Below, in pieces: positions 50,936 to 63,377 of a stretch of 64,000 bases of DNA; the first letter of the stretch is position 1, and every line of letters starts with the position of its first letter. The position numbers and the translations under genes were made by a program. The notes beneath the pieces were generated by a model that had not been told where the DNA came from, ran no database searches, and saw only the letters and a program-made list of their open reading frames with translations. The DNA is from Eledone cirrhosa (taxonomy: Eukaryota), in assembly GCA_964016885.1 (NCBI GenBank), contig OZ024747.1, positions 9,610,001-9,674,000 of the forward strand. The letters are read 5' to 3'.

Positions 50936-51486
50936 CTACACATATTTCTCTCCTGCTCCTTCTCCTCAATATCCTCATCTTTCCCCAGTGTAAACCCCCC
51001 CCCCCCCCCACCAAAACAACCCCAAACTCAAGTTTGTTAAGCGTTTCTAGAAATATACTAAAATAAAGAATGTTCCAAGTTGCTTGCTGTTATGTACAGA
51101 CCCTCAAGATAAGTCTGTATTTTGGGTTTGGTGCCAAAAAAATAAACTGGTAAAACATGGATATAAAAAACATGAAAAAAAAAAAAACTAAATAAAGAGA
51201 AAATAAAGAGAAACGTTCTTTTGTATTGAATCTTCTCTCAGTTGAAATATCGTAGAAATGTAAAGATCTCATTTTAAGAGGCCTAGAATGGTAAATGGGA
51301 AAGACAGGTGTTTCAGAAGATCATGTAGGCTTTATATACACACAGGTACAGATTAAAAACACATAGATGTATACATATATATATATAGAGAGAGAGAGAT
51401 AGATAGATATATATAAATGTAAAATGTTGTTGAAGTATGTATACATTTTGTGGGACACCCTGTGTGTGTGTGTGTATATATAAAAT

Positions 51487-51820
51487 GGAGGCACATGGCT
51501 TAGTGGTTAGAGCATTGGGCTTGCAATCGAAAGGTTGTGAGTTCAATTCTCAGACCGGGTGATGTGTTGTTTCCTTGAGCAAGACACTTTATTTCACATT
51601 GCTCCAGTTTACTCAGCTGTAGAAATGAGATGATAGGGACTGGGGTCCCTATCATTCCACTGCAAAGTGGTCATGGAGGTGCCACGGCAAAAAAGCACCC
51701 AGCACTCACTGTAAATGAGGTTGGTGTTAGGAAGGGCATCCAGCTGTAGAAATCAAGCCAGAATCAGTTCCCGTCCCACCCTTGCAAGCAGGGAAAAGTG
51801 GATGTAAAATGAAATGATGA
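51487..51820 (+). mobile_element. Full-length tRNA/CORE SINE with RTE tail (type A)
   Basis: Near-identical to 32203-32540. Confidence 0.92.
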
Positions 51821-51840
51821 TATATATATATATATATATA

Positions 51841-51940
51841 CAGGGTGTTCCAAAAAATGTATACACACTTCAACAGCATTCTAATAAATATTGCCTGTAC
51901 AGGTAATGAACGTGTGTATACATTTTTGGGGGACATCCTG
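51841..51940. mobile_element. Tc1/mariner-type MITE
   Basis: TA|CAGGGTGTTCCAAAAAATGTATACAC ... GTGTATACATTTTTGGGGGACATCCTG, imperfect TIRs. Confidence 0.75.
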
Positions 51941-52060
51941 TGTATATATATATATATGAAAATGTATGACCCCTTCATTATATATATATATATATACAGA
52001 TCTAGCTGTCAAATATATACATATATATGTAGGAGGTGAGTTTTATTGTAGCACAATAAA

Positions 52061-52097
<37 letters not shown>

Positions 52098-52100
<3 letters not shown>

Positions 52101-52708
52101 TGGCTGCCAACTCGTTTTCGAGTACGGCCACTACTTTATATCCATGTAGGAGAACCCCTACCGATGCGCTGAACGAGTGTGACTTTTTAGTCCAGCCAGC
52201 GACTTGAAAACTCTGGTACAAACACTACACTTGTGACAATTACTGACACATAGTGCTGGGCCCATGGTACCATGTGACGACAAGTGCAGAGAGATCTCCA
52301 GATATAAAGCAATGCCTGTGCCGTGAAGCTTTTATAGTGAGCAAAGGCACTGCACAAAGCCAGTCCCACTCTCTTAACCAAGATGATATTTACCAAAAAG
52401 AAGAACAAGTCAACATCATTGGATACCAACAGGGTTGCAGGTGTTATATCAGAGTTTTCCTTCTCCTAGAATTCTGCCTTGACAAAGGCTAAGGGGTCAT
52501 CTCTCCCGGTGATTTTGGATGGCCATTGACTCTTAAGAGCTCCTTTGCCCTTTGACAGGTTTTGTTTTTAGTCCTGCAGGATGTCCAAAGTCACCCTCCT
52601 CACCAAGAAACCTTGGTGGGGTTGCCAGTTTAGTCGCCAACGACCCGACCATGGGACAGGTTGTACTGGGATACATGTTACCAGTAGCACCAACTGGTGA
52701 CCTGACAT
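52098..52708 (-). mobile_element. Probable non-autonomous RTE-related element (~610 bp)
   Basis: Minus strand has RTE 5'UTR-like motifs (GTCG..GGCGACTAAA, CTAGGAGAAGGAAAACTCTGA, recalled from memory), followed by the 330-bp segment also at 7506-7836 and then (TA)n. Confidence 0.55.
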
Positions 52709-52709
52709 A

Positions 52710-52881
52710 ATACACATACATACGAATATGAATGAATACACAAGTACATCTATATGTATATATTTGTGTGTGTATGTATGTATATGTATATATATATATA
52801 TATACATATACATACATACACACACAAATATATACATATAGATGTACTTGTGTATTCATTCATATTCGTATGTATGTGTAT
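52710..52881. repeat. 172-bp AT-rich palindrome centred on (TA)n
   Basis: Arms ATACACATACATACGAATATGAATGAATACACAAGTACATC.. and its reverse complement. The + and - ORFs in the track share an identical N-terminal translation. Confidence 0.92.
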
Positions 52882-53255
52882 GTTTACATATATGCACATA
52901 TATGCACTATATGCACATACATACAAATTGATACATATAACCACACACACACACACACAGATACACACATACACACACAAGAGACACACTTCTGACAGAT
53001 ATTCACAAAACATCTTTAAAGTAGCTACCAAAAATGACACCTCCCTTTCCCACCCCCAGCTTTTCTGACCTTCAAGGTCAGATGGTTTGTTACATCTGGA
53101 TGATCTGTTAGCCCAGATGTTAAGAGCAGTGGAACAGATGATGTTTGTAATGGAATTAGATGGTACTGTGCCAGACATAATTGCATTACTCTGGGTTTCT
53201 TTTTTATCAAGTTGTGAGTTCAAATATCATCTTTTGTTCTGTCTGAGCATTGATA

Positions 53256-53715
53256 AAATTGTTTCTACTTTTGGCACAAGGCCAGCAATTACCCAGTACA
53301 TTACTGGTACTTTATTTTATCGACTCCGTAAGGATGAAAAGCAAAGTTAACCTCAGCGGGATTTGAACTCAGAATTGCAAGGGCCGTAACTCTATGCGTC
53401 AAAGCATGGCATCCGACTCTCTACCGATACTGCCAATCCAATGATAAAATTAATACCAGTAATATACCAAGGATGAGCTATTTTTAAAATTATTATTATT
53501 ATTATTAAAGGCTGGTGGATTGGCAATATCGGTAGAGCGTCGGAGAACAGGTTTTGCAGCATATAGTTACGTCCCTTTACGTTTTGAGTTCAAATCTTTC
53601 CAAGGTTAGCTTTGCCTTTCATCCTTACAAAATCGATAAAATAAAGTACCAGTAATGTACTGGAGTTGATTTAATCGATTTTCCCCTCCCCCCAAATTGT
53701 TGGCCTTGTGACTAA
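53256..53715. mobile_element. Head-to-head pair of Meta-domain-like SINEs (53256-53440 minus; 53508-53715 plus)
   Basis: Family consensus in both orientations. Confidence 0.85.
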
Positions 53716-53939
53716 GGATGTCTGTGTGATATTTTATGTAGGATCTGAAGTAGGTCTATGTCTACGAGGATCTAACTTCGTAAAGGGGTAGGGTAAGGCT
53801 ACCAGGGTATTACTTCGTAAAGAGGAGGTATAACTATTATCCAGTGTTTGATATTCACACCCCACCCCGTCCAACATAAAAGAATTGTTACTCATGTTTT
53901 GAGTCACTCAGTTTCTTTCTTTCTTCCTTTCTTTCTTTC

Positions 53940-53954
53940 TCACTCTCTTTTTCA

Positions 53955-53997
<43 letters not shown>

Positions 53998-54167
53998 TAC
54001 CTGCCTATCTTCACTCACTCATTCACTCTCTCACTCTCTCTCTCACTCACACACACACACACTCTCTCACTCTCTCTCACATACACACACACACACACAC
54101 TCACTCTCTCTCTCACTCACACACACACACTCTCACTCTCTCTCACTCAAGCACACACACACACACA

Positions 54168-54200
<33 letters not shown>

Positions 54201-54315
54201 TCTCTCTCTCACTCAAGCACACACACACACACACTCTCTCTCTCTCTCACTCAAGCACACACACACACACACTCTCTCTCTCTCTCTCTCTCTCTCACAC
54301 TCTCTCTCTCACTCA

Positions 54316-54355
<40 letters not shown>

Positions 54356-54400
54356 CTCTCTCTCTCTCAAGCATACACACACACTCTCTCTCTCTCAAAC
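53940..54400. repeat. (CT)n/(CA)n compound microsatellite
   Basis: Direct reading. Confidence 0.92.
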
Positions 54401-54574
54401 ATTTCAAAAATGAACTTCTTCAAATATTCTCACGACAACCTCCAGTTGTTACAATGTGGAGGACATTCTAAGTTTGTGATTCAGAGGAAGTTGAGCAAAG
54501 CTGGTCTCTCAAGTAGCTGCAAATGTGTTTCTCTTTAAATATCATCATCATCATCATGTCTGTTTTCCTATGTT

Positions 54575-55123
54575 GCATGGGTTAGATGGGACCTTGGCAT
54601 GGGTTAGATGGGACCTTGGCATGGGTTAGATGGGTCTTTGGTATGGGTTAGATGGGTCCTTGAGATGTTTTATATGGGACCTTGGCATGGGACCTTGGCA
54701 TGGGTTAGATGGGTCCTTGGCATGGGTTAGATGGGACTTGGCATGGGTTATATGGGGCTTGGCATGGGACCTTGGCATGGGTTAGATGGGTCCTTGGCAT
54801 GGGTTAGATGGGACCTTGGCATGGGTTAGATGGGTCCTTGGAATGGGTTAGATGGGACCTTGGCATGGGTTAGATGGGTCCTTGGCATGGGTTAGATGGG
54901 ACCTTTGCATGGGTTAGATGGGTCCTTGGCATGGGTTAGATGGGACCTTGGCATGGGTTAGATGGGACCTTGGCATGGGTTAGATGGGTCCTTGGCATGG
55001 GTTAGATGGGACTTTGGCATGGGTTAGATGGGACCTTGGCATGGGTTAGATGGGTCCTTGGCATGGGTTAGATGGGTCCTTGGCATGGGTTAGATGGGAC
55101 CTTGGCATGGGTTAGATGGGTCC
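54575..55123. repeat. 22-bp minisatellite GCATGGGTTAGATGGG(A/T)CCTTG (~25 units) derived from the RTE/SINE 3' tail
   Basis: Preceded by (CAT)n-TGTCTGTTTTCCTATGTT, a decayed version of the tail read at 8701-8760 (GCATGGGTTAGACGGG). Confidence 0.9.
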
Positions 55124-55179
55124 TTTCCAGCACAACTGTCTTCTACTTATTGTGTTCCTTCATCTCACCACACAGACAT

Positions 55180-56600
55180 GTAGTGGTTGTGATGATGATG
55201 ATGGTGGTGGTAGTTGTGGTGGTGGTGGTAGTTGTAGTGGTTATGATGATGGTGGTGGTGATAGTTGTGGTGGTGGTGGTAGTTGTGGTGGTTATGATGA
55301 TGGTGGTGGTGGTAGTTGTGGTGGTGGTGGTGGTAATTGTAGTGGTTATGATGATGGTGGTGGTCATAGTTGTGATGGTGGTGGTGGTGGTAGTTGTAGT
55401 TGTTATGATGGTGGTAGTTGTGGTAGTTGTGGTAGTGGTGGTGGTAGTTGTAGTGGTTATGATGGTGGTGCTGGTGGTAGTTGTGGTGGTGGTGATGGTG
55501 GTAGTTGTGGTGGTGATGGTGGTAGTTGTGGTGGTGGAGGTAGTTGTGGTGGTAATGGTGGTGTTGGTGGTAGTTGTGGTGGTTATGCTGATGGTGGTGG
55601 TAGTTGTGGTTATGATGGTAATGGTGGTGACAGGAAGTACCTGAGAAAGGTGTGTACCCAGGTATGTGGTGGTGGTGGTGATGACGACAGGGAGTACCTG
55701 AGAAAGGTGTGTACCCAGGTATGTGGTGGTGGTGGTGATGACGACAGGGAGTACCTGAGAAAGGTGTGTACCCAGGTATGCAGCTCCAGACCCACCCAGT
55801 AGCAGGAGGGGGAGGGGTGATGAACTAAGATTGAGTCAGCTGACAACATGAAGTAATTTACAGAGAACCTGTATTGGTGGTGATAGTGGTGGTAGTAGTA
55901 GTAGTGGTGGTAGTGGTGGTGGTAGTGGTGGTGGTGGTAGTGGTGGTGGTGGTAGTGGTGGTGGTAGTGGTGGTAGTAGTGATATTATTATTATGAGTAG
56001 TAGTAGTGGTGGTGGTGGTAGTGGTATTATTATTATTATGAGTAGTAGTAGTGGTGGTGGTGGTGGTATTAGTAGTGGTGGTATTAGTAGTGGTGGTGGT
56101 GGTAGTAGTAGTAGGTAGTAGTAGTAGTGGTGGTGGTATTAGTAGTGGTGGTGGTGGTGGTATTAGTAGTGGTGGTGGTGGTGGTATTAGTAGTGGTGGT
56201 GGTATTAGTAGTAGTGGTGGTGGTATTAGTAGTAGTGGTGGTGGTGGTGGTGGTGGTGGTGATATTAGTAGTAGTGGTGGTGGTGGTGGTGATATTAGTA
56301 GTAGTGGTGGTGGTGGTGGTGGTGGTGGTATTAGTAGTAGTAGTGGTGGTGGTGGTGGTGGTGATATTAGTAGTAGTGGTGGTGGTATTAGTAGTGGTGG
56401 TGGTGGTGGTATTAGTAGTGGTGGTGGTATTAGTAGTAGTGGTGGTGGTGGTGGTGGTGGTATTAGTAGTAGTGGTGGTGGTGGTGGTGGTATTAGTAGT
56501 AGTGGTGGTGGTGGTGGTGGTATTAGTAGTAGTAGTGGTGGTGGTGGTGGTGGTGATATTAGTAGTAGTGGTGGTGGTATTACTAGTAGTAGTAGTAGTT
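55180..56600. repeat. (GGT)/(AGT)/(GAT) tracts, including three 57-bp units starting at ~55630, ~55687 and ~55744
   Basis: Direct reading. Confidence 0.9.
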
Positions 56601-56628
56601 CTGGGTTCATGAAAGGTATGGTTTAGAA

Positions 56629-57252
56629 CAGTGCTTCTCAAACTATCTGACGTGGCGGACCGGCGGACCCCTAATATTTCGTAGTAATATTAATTTATAC
56701 CGGATGGATTGGCAGTATCAGTAGAGAGTCAGACGCCATGCTTTCCAGCATAGTTACGTCCCTTTACGGACTGAGTTCAAATCCCGCCGAGGTTGACTTT
56801 GCCTTTCATCCTTACGGGGTCGATAAAATAAAGTACCAGTGATGCACTGGGTAATTGCTGGCCTTGTGCCTAAAGTAGAAACAATTAATTTATACCGGAA
56901 ACGATATATATAATTGTTTCTACTTTTGGCACAAGGCCAGCAATTATTATCCAGTGTATTACTGGTACTTTATTTTATCGACCCCGTAAGGATGAAAGGC
57001 AAAGTCAACCTCGGCGGGATTTGAACTCAGATCATAAAGGGACGTAACTATGCTGGAAAGCATGGCGTCCGACCCTCTACTGATACTGCCAATCCTTTGT
57101 AAACAAATAATACAATATCAAAACATATAAAAAAGTAATAAAAACAATTCCTGAAATTATTCCTTAGCATGGCCTGGACAATGGCCGCGTACCGGGAGCT
57201 GATGGTTCGCGTTCCGGCACTGGTCCGTGGACCTCCACTATGAGTAGCACTG
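56629..57252. mobile_element. hAT (Charlie/Buster-type) MITE with two nested SINEs (56702-56886 plus; 56911-57095 minus)
   Basis: TIRs CAGTGCTTCTCAAA / TATGAGTAGCACTG. The 8-bp flanks GTTTAGAA / GTCTAGGA have a central TA. The first SINE is flanked by ATTAATTTATACCGGA twice. Confidence 0.78.
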
Positions 57253-57669
57253 GTCTAGGAGATTCTTGCAAGGGACTGAAGGTGACATTTTCAGGAGTTC
57301 TACGTGATACTCTTTTGGGGGCATTTGTAACTTGGTGAGGGGCCCTTCCCTGTCTTGGCTGGAACTAAGTTGATTTCTTTCATAGAGTGTGAGGGAGGGA
57401 GGGGGGAGAGAGAGGGAGGGAGTGAGCGAGAGAGGAGGAGATGGAGAGTGAGAGAGGGGGAGATGGGGAGTGAGAGAGAAGAGAGAGAGGGGGAGATGGA
57501 GAGTGAGAGAGGGGGAGATGGGGAGTGAGAGAGAAGAGAGAGAGGGGGGAAGTGAGAGAGAGAGAGAGAGAGAAAGTGGTATTTGGACTGAGTTCAGTGA
57601 GTCGGAACAAATACTGAGCCATTTTTAATCCTACGCCATAAAGACTCTGCCAATTGCAACCATTAATAT

Positions 57670-59775
57670 CCTTACCACCACTACCACCACTACCATTACA
57701 ACCACCACCACCAGCACCATTACAACCACCACCACCAGCACCATTACAACCACCACCACCACCATTACAGCTACCACCACCACTACCATTACACCACCAC
57801 TACCACCACTACAACCACCACCACCACCACAATTACAACTACCACCAGCACAATTACAACTACCACCACCACCACTACAACCACCACCACCACCACCACA
57901 ATTACAACTACCACCACCACCATTACAACCACAACCACCACAACAACCACCATCACCACCACTACCACCACCACCACAACAACCACCATCACCACCACTA
58001 CCACCACCACCACCATATTACCACCACCACTACCACCACCACCATCACCACCACTACCACCACCATATTACCACCACCACTACCACCACCACCACAACAA
58101 CCACCATCATCACCACTACCACCACCACCACCATATTACCACTACCACCACCACTATACCACCATCATGGCTGCCACCAAAACCTCACAACCAGAAATCC
58201 CAAACATCTTTTAATGTCTTTCATCATTTGTTATCTCTCTTCAGCATCAGTTGTCAAGTTGACTTGCAAGTTGGGGGGGGGGGGGGCAGTGATGGAACAT
58301 GCATGTAGGGTGGGGTAGGTCATGATGGGGGGGAGGGGACATGCATATAGTCTGGGGTGGCAGTTGGGGTGGGGCATGGTGGTGTGGGGGTGGGGCATGT
58401 TGGGTTGAAGGGTATGGTGGGTGAGGGGTGTAATGGTGAGGTGGGAGGGGATGTGGTGGTGTAGACGGGGGGGGGGGGGGGCTTTATGGATGGTGTAGGT
58501 TTGTTGATGCTGTCATAATGGTGGTGGTGGTTGTTGTAGATATAGTGATTGTTATGGTAGTGGTGGTGGTGGTGGTGGGTGCTGAGGTAGATGTAGTGGT
58601 GGGGTGGTGGGAGGTGAGGTAGATGTGGTGGTGTGGTGGTGATGGTGGTGGTAGGTGGTTGTGGTGTTGGGGATGGTAGTGGTTGTGGTTGTAGAGATAG
58701 TAGTGATTGTTATGGTAGTGGTGGTGGTGGTGGGAGGTGAGGTAGATGAGGTGGTGGTGGGGAGGTACAATAGTCTGTTGGGTGTAAAGTGTCAGATATT
58801 CTCTTCCTTGAATGATTATTGCACAGAGTGAGTCAGAAAATACTGCTGCTAGTGTTGTGGTGGTAGTGGTGTAGTGGTGGTGGTGGTGGTAGTGTAGCGG
58901 AGGTGGTGGTGGTAGTGTAGCGGAGGTGGTAGTGGTGGTGGTGTAGGGTGGTGGTGGTAGAGGTGGTGGTGGTGGTAGTGGGGGGAGGGGTTAGTGTAGT
59001 GGTGCTGGTAGTGTGGTAGTGGTGGTGGTGTAGTAGTGGTGGTGTGGTGGTGGTGGTGGTGGTGGTGGTGGTGGTTGTAGTATAGGTGGTAGTGGTGGTG
59101 TTGTAGTGGTTTGGTGGTGGTGATGTGGTGGTAGTGTTGGTGATGGTAGTGGTGGTAGTTTTGGTGGTGTTGTAGTGGTATGGTGGTAGTAGTGGTGGTG
59201 GTGTGATGGTGGTGGTAGTGTTGGTGGTAGTATTGGTGGTAGTGGTGGTGGTGTTGGTGGTAGTGGTAATGTTGGGTGGTGGTGGTAGTATTGGTAGTAT
59301 TGGTAGTGGTGATGGTGGTGGTAGTTATTGTGGTGCTGGTGTTGGTTGTAGTTGTGGTGGTGGTACTGGTAGTAGTTCTGATGGTGTTAGTGGTAGTGGT
59401 TATTGTGGTGTTGGTTGTGGTGGTGGTGGTGGTGGTGGTAGTAGTACTGTTGGTGTTAGTGGTAGTGGTTATTGTGGTGCTGGTGTTGGTTGTGGTTGTG
59501 GTGGTGGTGGTGGTGGTGGTAGTAGTTCTGATGGTGTTAGTGGTAGTGGTTATTGTGGTGCTGGTGTTGGTTGTAGTTGTGGTGGTGGAGGCTGTAGTTG
59601 TGGTGGTGGTGGTAGTTGTTCTGATGGTGTTAGTGGTAGTGGTTATTGTGGTGCTGGTGTTGGTTGTAGTTGTGGTGGTGGAGGCTGTAGTTGTTGTGGT
59701 GGTGGTAGTGGTAGTGGTTCTGATGGTGTTAGTGGTAGTGGTTATTGTGGTGCTGGTGGAGGTTGTAGTTGTGAT
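57670..59775. repeat. (CCA)n tract (57670-58170), G-run-rich spacer, and (GGT)n tracts (58520-59775)
   Basis: Direct reading. Confidence 0.88.
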
Positions 59776-59879
59776 TTTTATGATAGCTGATATCAAATCT
59801 GATAAGATTGTCAGATTTTTGTTTGTGTAGAGTAGTGGCTGGCAACAGGTGGGACAAGTGGGACAGGTGTGACTCAGGT

Positions 59880-60460
59880 GTTCTCTGTGGGCCTCAGCTT
59901 TTCAAATATTTGTCTGTAAAGTATATACACATGTGGGGCATTCAGGTATTTTCTGTGAGCCTCAGAGCTTTTTTCAAATATTTGTCTGGAAGATATGTTT
60001 AATATAGAGGTGGACAATTGAAGACTTCTCTGTGAACCTTTTCAAATATTTTCCTGTAAGATATAATATAGAGGTGGACCATTGGGGTGTTTTCTGTGAC
60101 CCTCAGACCTTTTCAAATATTTTCCTGTAAGATATAATAATAATAAAATTACTGTGTACAGTACTCGGGGGCACTACAACTCATCAAAGATGAATGTATA
60201 GTACATAAAATAATATACAAATGTCAGGGAAGTGAATAGTGTATGAGTCATGATATACATGTGTGCGTGTGTATGAAGGGGGAATATTAGGTGTAGTGTT
60301 GGCGAATCTCAGGAAGCATGGAGATTTTAAAGGATGCAATGTAATAATATAGAGGTGGACCATTGAGGAGTTCTCTGTGAACCTCAGACCTTTTCAAATA
60401 TTTTCCTGTAAGATATAATATGGAGGTGGACCATTGAGGAGTTCTCTGTAGACTTTGAAC
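59880..60460. repeat. ~65-71 bp diverged tandem repeat interrupted by a CR1 3'UTR (~60135-60340, minus)
   Basis: TTCTCTGTGAACCTCAGACCTTTTCAAATATTTTCCTGTAAGATATAATATAGAGGTGGAC repeats on both sides of the insertion. Confidence 0.8.
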
Positions 60461-60479
60461 TCTTTTAAATTTGTGTATA

Positions 60480-60846
60480 TCATCATCATCATCACCGTTT
60501 TACGTCCGTTCTTCCACGACCTTGTCTTGCTCATATGGGAACTGATTCTGGCTTGATTTCTACAGCTGGATACCCTTCCTAACACCAACCTCATATACAG
60601 TGAGTGCTGGGTGCTTTTTTCCGTGGCGCCTACATGTCCACTATACAGTGTGGGCTGGGTGCTTTTTTACCATGGCACCTCCACGACCACTTTGCAGTGG
60701 GAGGGTGTGGGGGTATATTGTCTATATGCTTCAGCTTCGGCTTGTACTCGTGAGGGGTCGGGTCTTCTGTATTACTGCATGACGCCAGAGGTCACGGTTG
60801 TGTGTCATCACCTTTGAGAGGTGTAATTGGGTAAGGTCGGCTTTTA
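60480..60846 (-). mobile_element. RTE LINE 3' end and 3'UTR
   Basis: Paralogue of 8701-9120. Confidence 0.87.
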
Positions 60847-61439
60847 TACGATATATAATACGCATAAATCATAAGTAAAACTAAAAATATGCCAAAATCA
60901 AAAGTATACCTTTACAATAATCAATGTTATGGTGGAGCAGAGTTTATTGTTGTTGTTATATTAACTCCACCTAGACTACTGTACTGTCACTATACTTGTA
61001 ACATCTACACTCAGTTCAATATTGTAGGTTCTTCTCCTTCTTCTTCTCCTCCTTCTCCCACTTATTCCTGAGAGGGTCATGGGGTCCCTTCCCCCAAAAT
61101 TGCTGGCCTTGTGCCTAAATCAGAACCCATTATTATTATTGTTATTGATGTAAATATTTCTTTCATTTCAGGTATGGTCAAGTGAATTTTGTTCATCTAT
61201 TTTGGTGAGAAATTTACACCATTTCTTTACAAATTGCTCAGTCATTTTTGGTGTAACAATTACAACTGTATTGAATACTTATTCGTGTGTGTGTGTACGT
61301 ATCTGTGTATGTGTGTGTGTACGTATCTGTGTGTGTGTACTAACCAGATGAACTATGATGGCAGTGCTTCCCAAACCTGTTTTACTTGCAGCTCACTTGA
61401 GATCAAATATATATATTTTGGCACACTTTATTCACAAAT

Positions 61440-61493
<54 letters not shown>

Positions 61494-61504
61494 TACATAC
61501 ACAC

Positions 61505-61637
<133 letters not shown>

Positions 61638-61792
61638 TATATATATATGTATGTACATACCTATGTATATATATATGTATGTACATACCTACATATATAT
61701 ATGTATGTACATACCTATGTATATATATGTATGTACATACCTATGTATATATATATATGTATGTACATACCTATGTATATATATATATGTAC

Positions 61793-61828
<36 letters not shown>

Positions 61829-62044
61829 TCACCCACATACATTAAACTGCAGAAAATTATTAAATACTTACTTCTTTATTCAATAAATGAAACGTAGTTA
61901 TCAAGATTCTATATTTAGAATTTCAGTTTTTTTCACATTTTGTAAAAATCTGATTCTATTTAACCAAACATTGAGTGTGAAAAGCTTGAACATTGGAACT
62001 TACTAAGGGCTGAGGAAATAAATTTATAGAAGATTTACTGTGTG

Positions 62045-62370
62045 GAACTGGGTGACACTGTTATTAGAAGGGACAAGTTAATTGGCCACACCAAACCCTT
62101 CTCACAACGGAACCATAGTTTGGGAGCTACAACCACATTTGTAGTGTAGGAACAAGATGACACTTTTATGAGAAGGTACAAGCCAGTTGGCCACACCAAA
62201 CCCTTCTCACAACGGAACCATAGTTTGGGAGCTACAACCACATTTGTAGTGTAGGAACAAGATGACACTTTTATGAGAAGGTACAAGCCAGTTGGCCACG
62301 CTGAACCCTTCTCACAGCAGAACCATAATTCGAGAGCTGCAACCACATTTTCATGGAACAGGATGACACC
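62045..62370. repeat. 105-bp tandem repeat, about 3 copies
   Basis: TTGGCCAC at 62082, 62187 and 62292. Confidence 0.9.
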
Positions 62371-62502
62371 ACTATCTTCTTATAAATGTCTTTCCTCAGT
62401 GCTTCGTAAGTTAAATGTTTGAGCTTCGCCCTCTATGTTTATTAATATTTTCAAAAGCTATTTGATTCAGTTCCTGAATTTATATGGTAAGATGTTATCA
62501 GA

Positions 62503-62590
62503 GGTCCCTTAGTTCATTGGTTAGAGCACTCAGTCAGTATCTGAGAAATACAAGGTTTGATTCTTCGTAGCAGTTGCTGACATCTTTTTC
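62503..62590 (+). pseudogene. tRNA(Thr, AGT)-like pseudogene or SINE head
   Basis: A box TAGTTCATTGG, anticodon stem CTCAG/CTGAG around TCAGTAT, degenerate B box GGTTTGATTC, downstream T run. The acceptor stem does not close. Confidence 0.45.
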
Positions 62591-63336
62591 CATCTCTAAG
62601 GAATCTTTACCCTATTTCTATAAGCTACCATATCACAACTGACTGTAATTTCAATTATTTTCTGGGCTTGAACAACCTACATCAATAAATATGATTCTAT
62701 TATTTTCATGACACAATGATGATGAGGGTTGGGTGATTGTCAGAATTGTTAGAGCATCAGGAAAAATGGGTGATTGTCAGAATTGTTAGAGCATCAGGAA
62801 AAATGCTTTACATTTTAAATTCAAATCCTGCCAAGGTCAACTTTGATTTTCGTCCTTTGACAATCAATAAGATAACTTAAGATTTAGAAATTTAACTAAC
62901 TTTCTCATTATTAAGCTGGTGTTTGGAACATAAGTTAACATAGGTTCTTCCATAAAAGTATGATTGAAGGTTTCAATTTAAATATAAACACTTGAAAACA
63001 AACAGTATCATAGAACCAGGAGGAGTTTCAGACAGTTTAATGTTAAAAGGGTTAAATTGACTTTTTACTTTCCCTAAAATTGTTGGCCTTGTGCTTATAT
63101 TAGAAACCCCTGTTTTCATGACCCACTGCTTGGGAACCACTGTGTTATGGAATATAAACTGGTTGACAGGCATTTTTTTTATTATTTACACCTAGTTAGT
63201 ATAAACCAAATAATGTACTGGGATAGATTTAATGACTTCCCCCACATCCAAATTGCTGGCCTTGTGCCTAGAGTAGAAATCATTATTATTATTATTATTA
63301 TCATATCCTAATTTCGATAGCAAAATTAAAGAGGGG

Positions 63337-63377
<41 letters not shown>

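Noticed and set aside
54575-55123. Telomere-like GGGTTAG array
   Set aside because: It is not (TTAGGG)n. The motif derives from the retroelement tail GCATGGGTTAGACGGG.
55116-55802. Gly/Cys-rich keratin-associated or loricrin-like ORF (also 47019-47798, 56051-56626, 59203-59790)
   Set aside because: These are translations of (GGT)/(AGT)/(TGT) tracts open in several frames and strands, with no signal peptide or splice context.
62340-62420. Mariner transposase-like GVILFHEN on the minus strand
   Set aside because: Too short and frameshifted to support a call.
62503-62590. Functional tRNA-Thr gene
   Set aside because: The acceptor and T stems do not pair and the B box is degenerate. Kept only as a pseudogene or SINE head.
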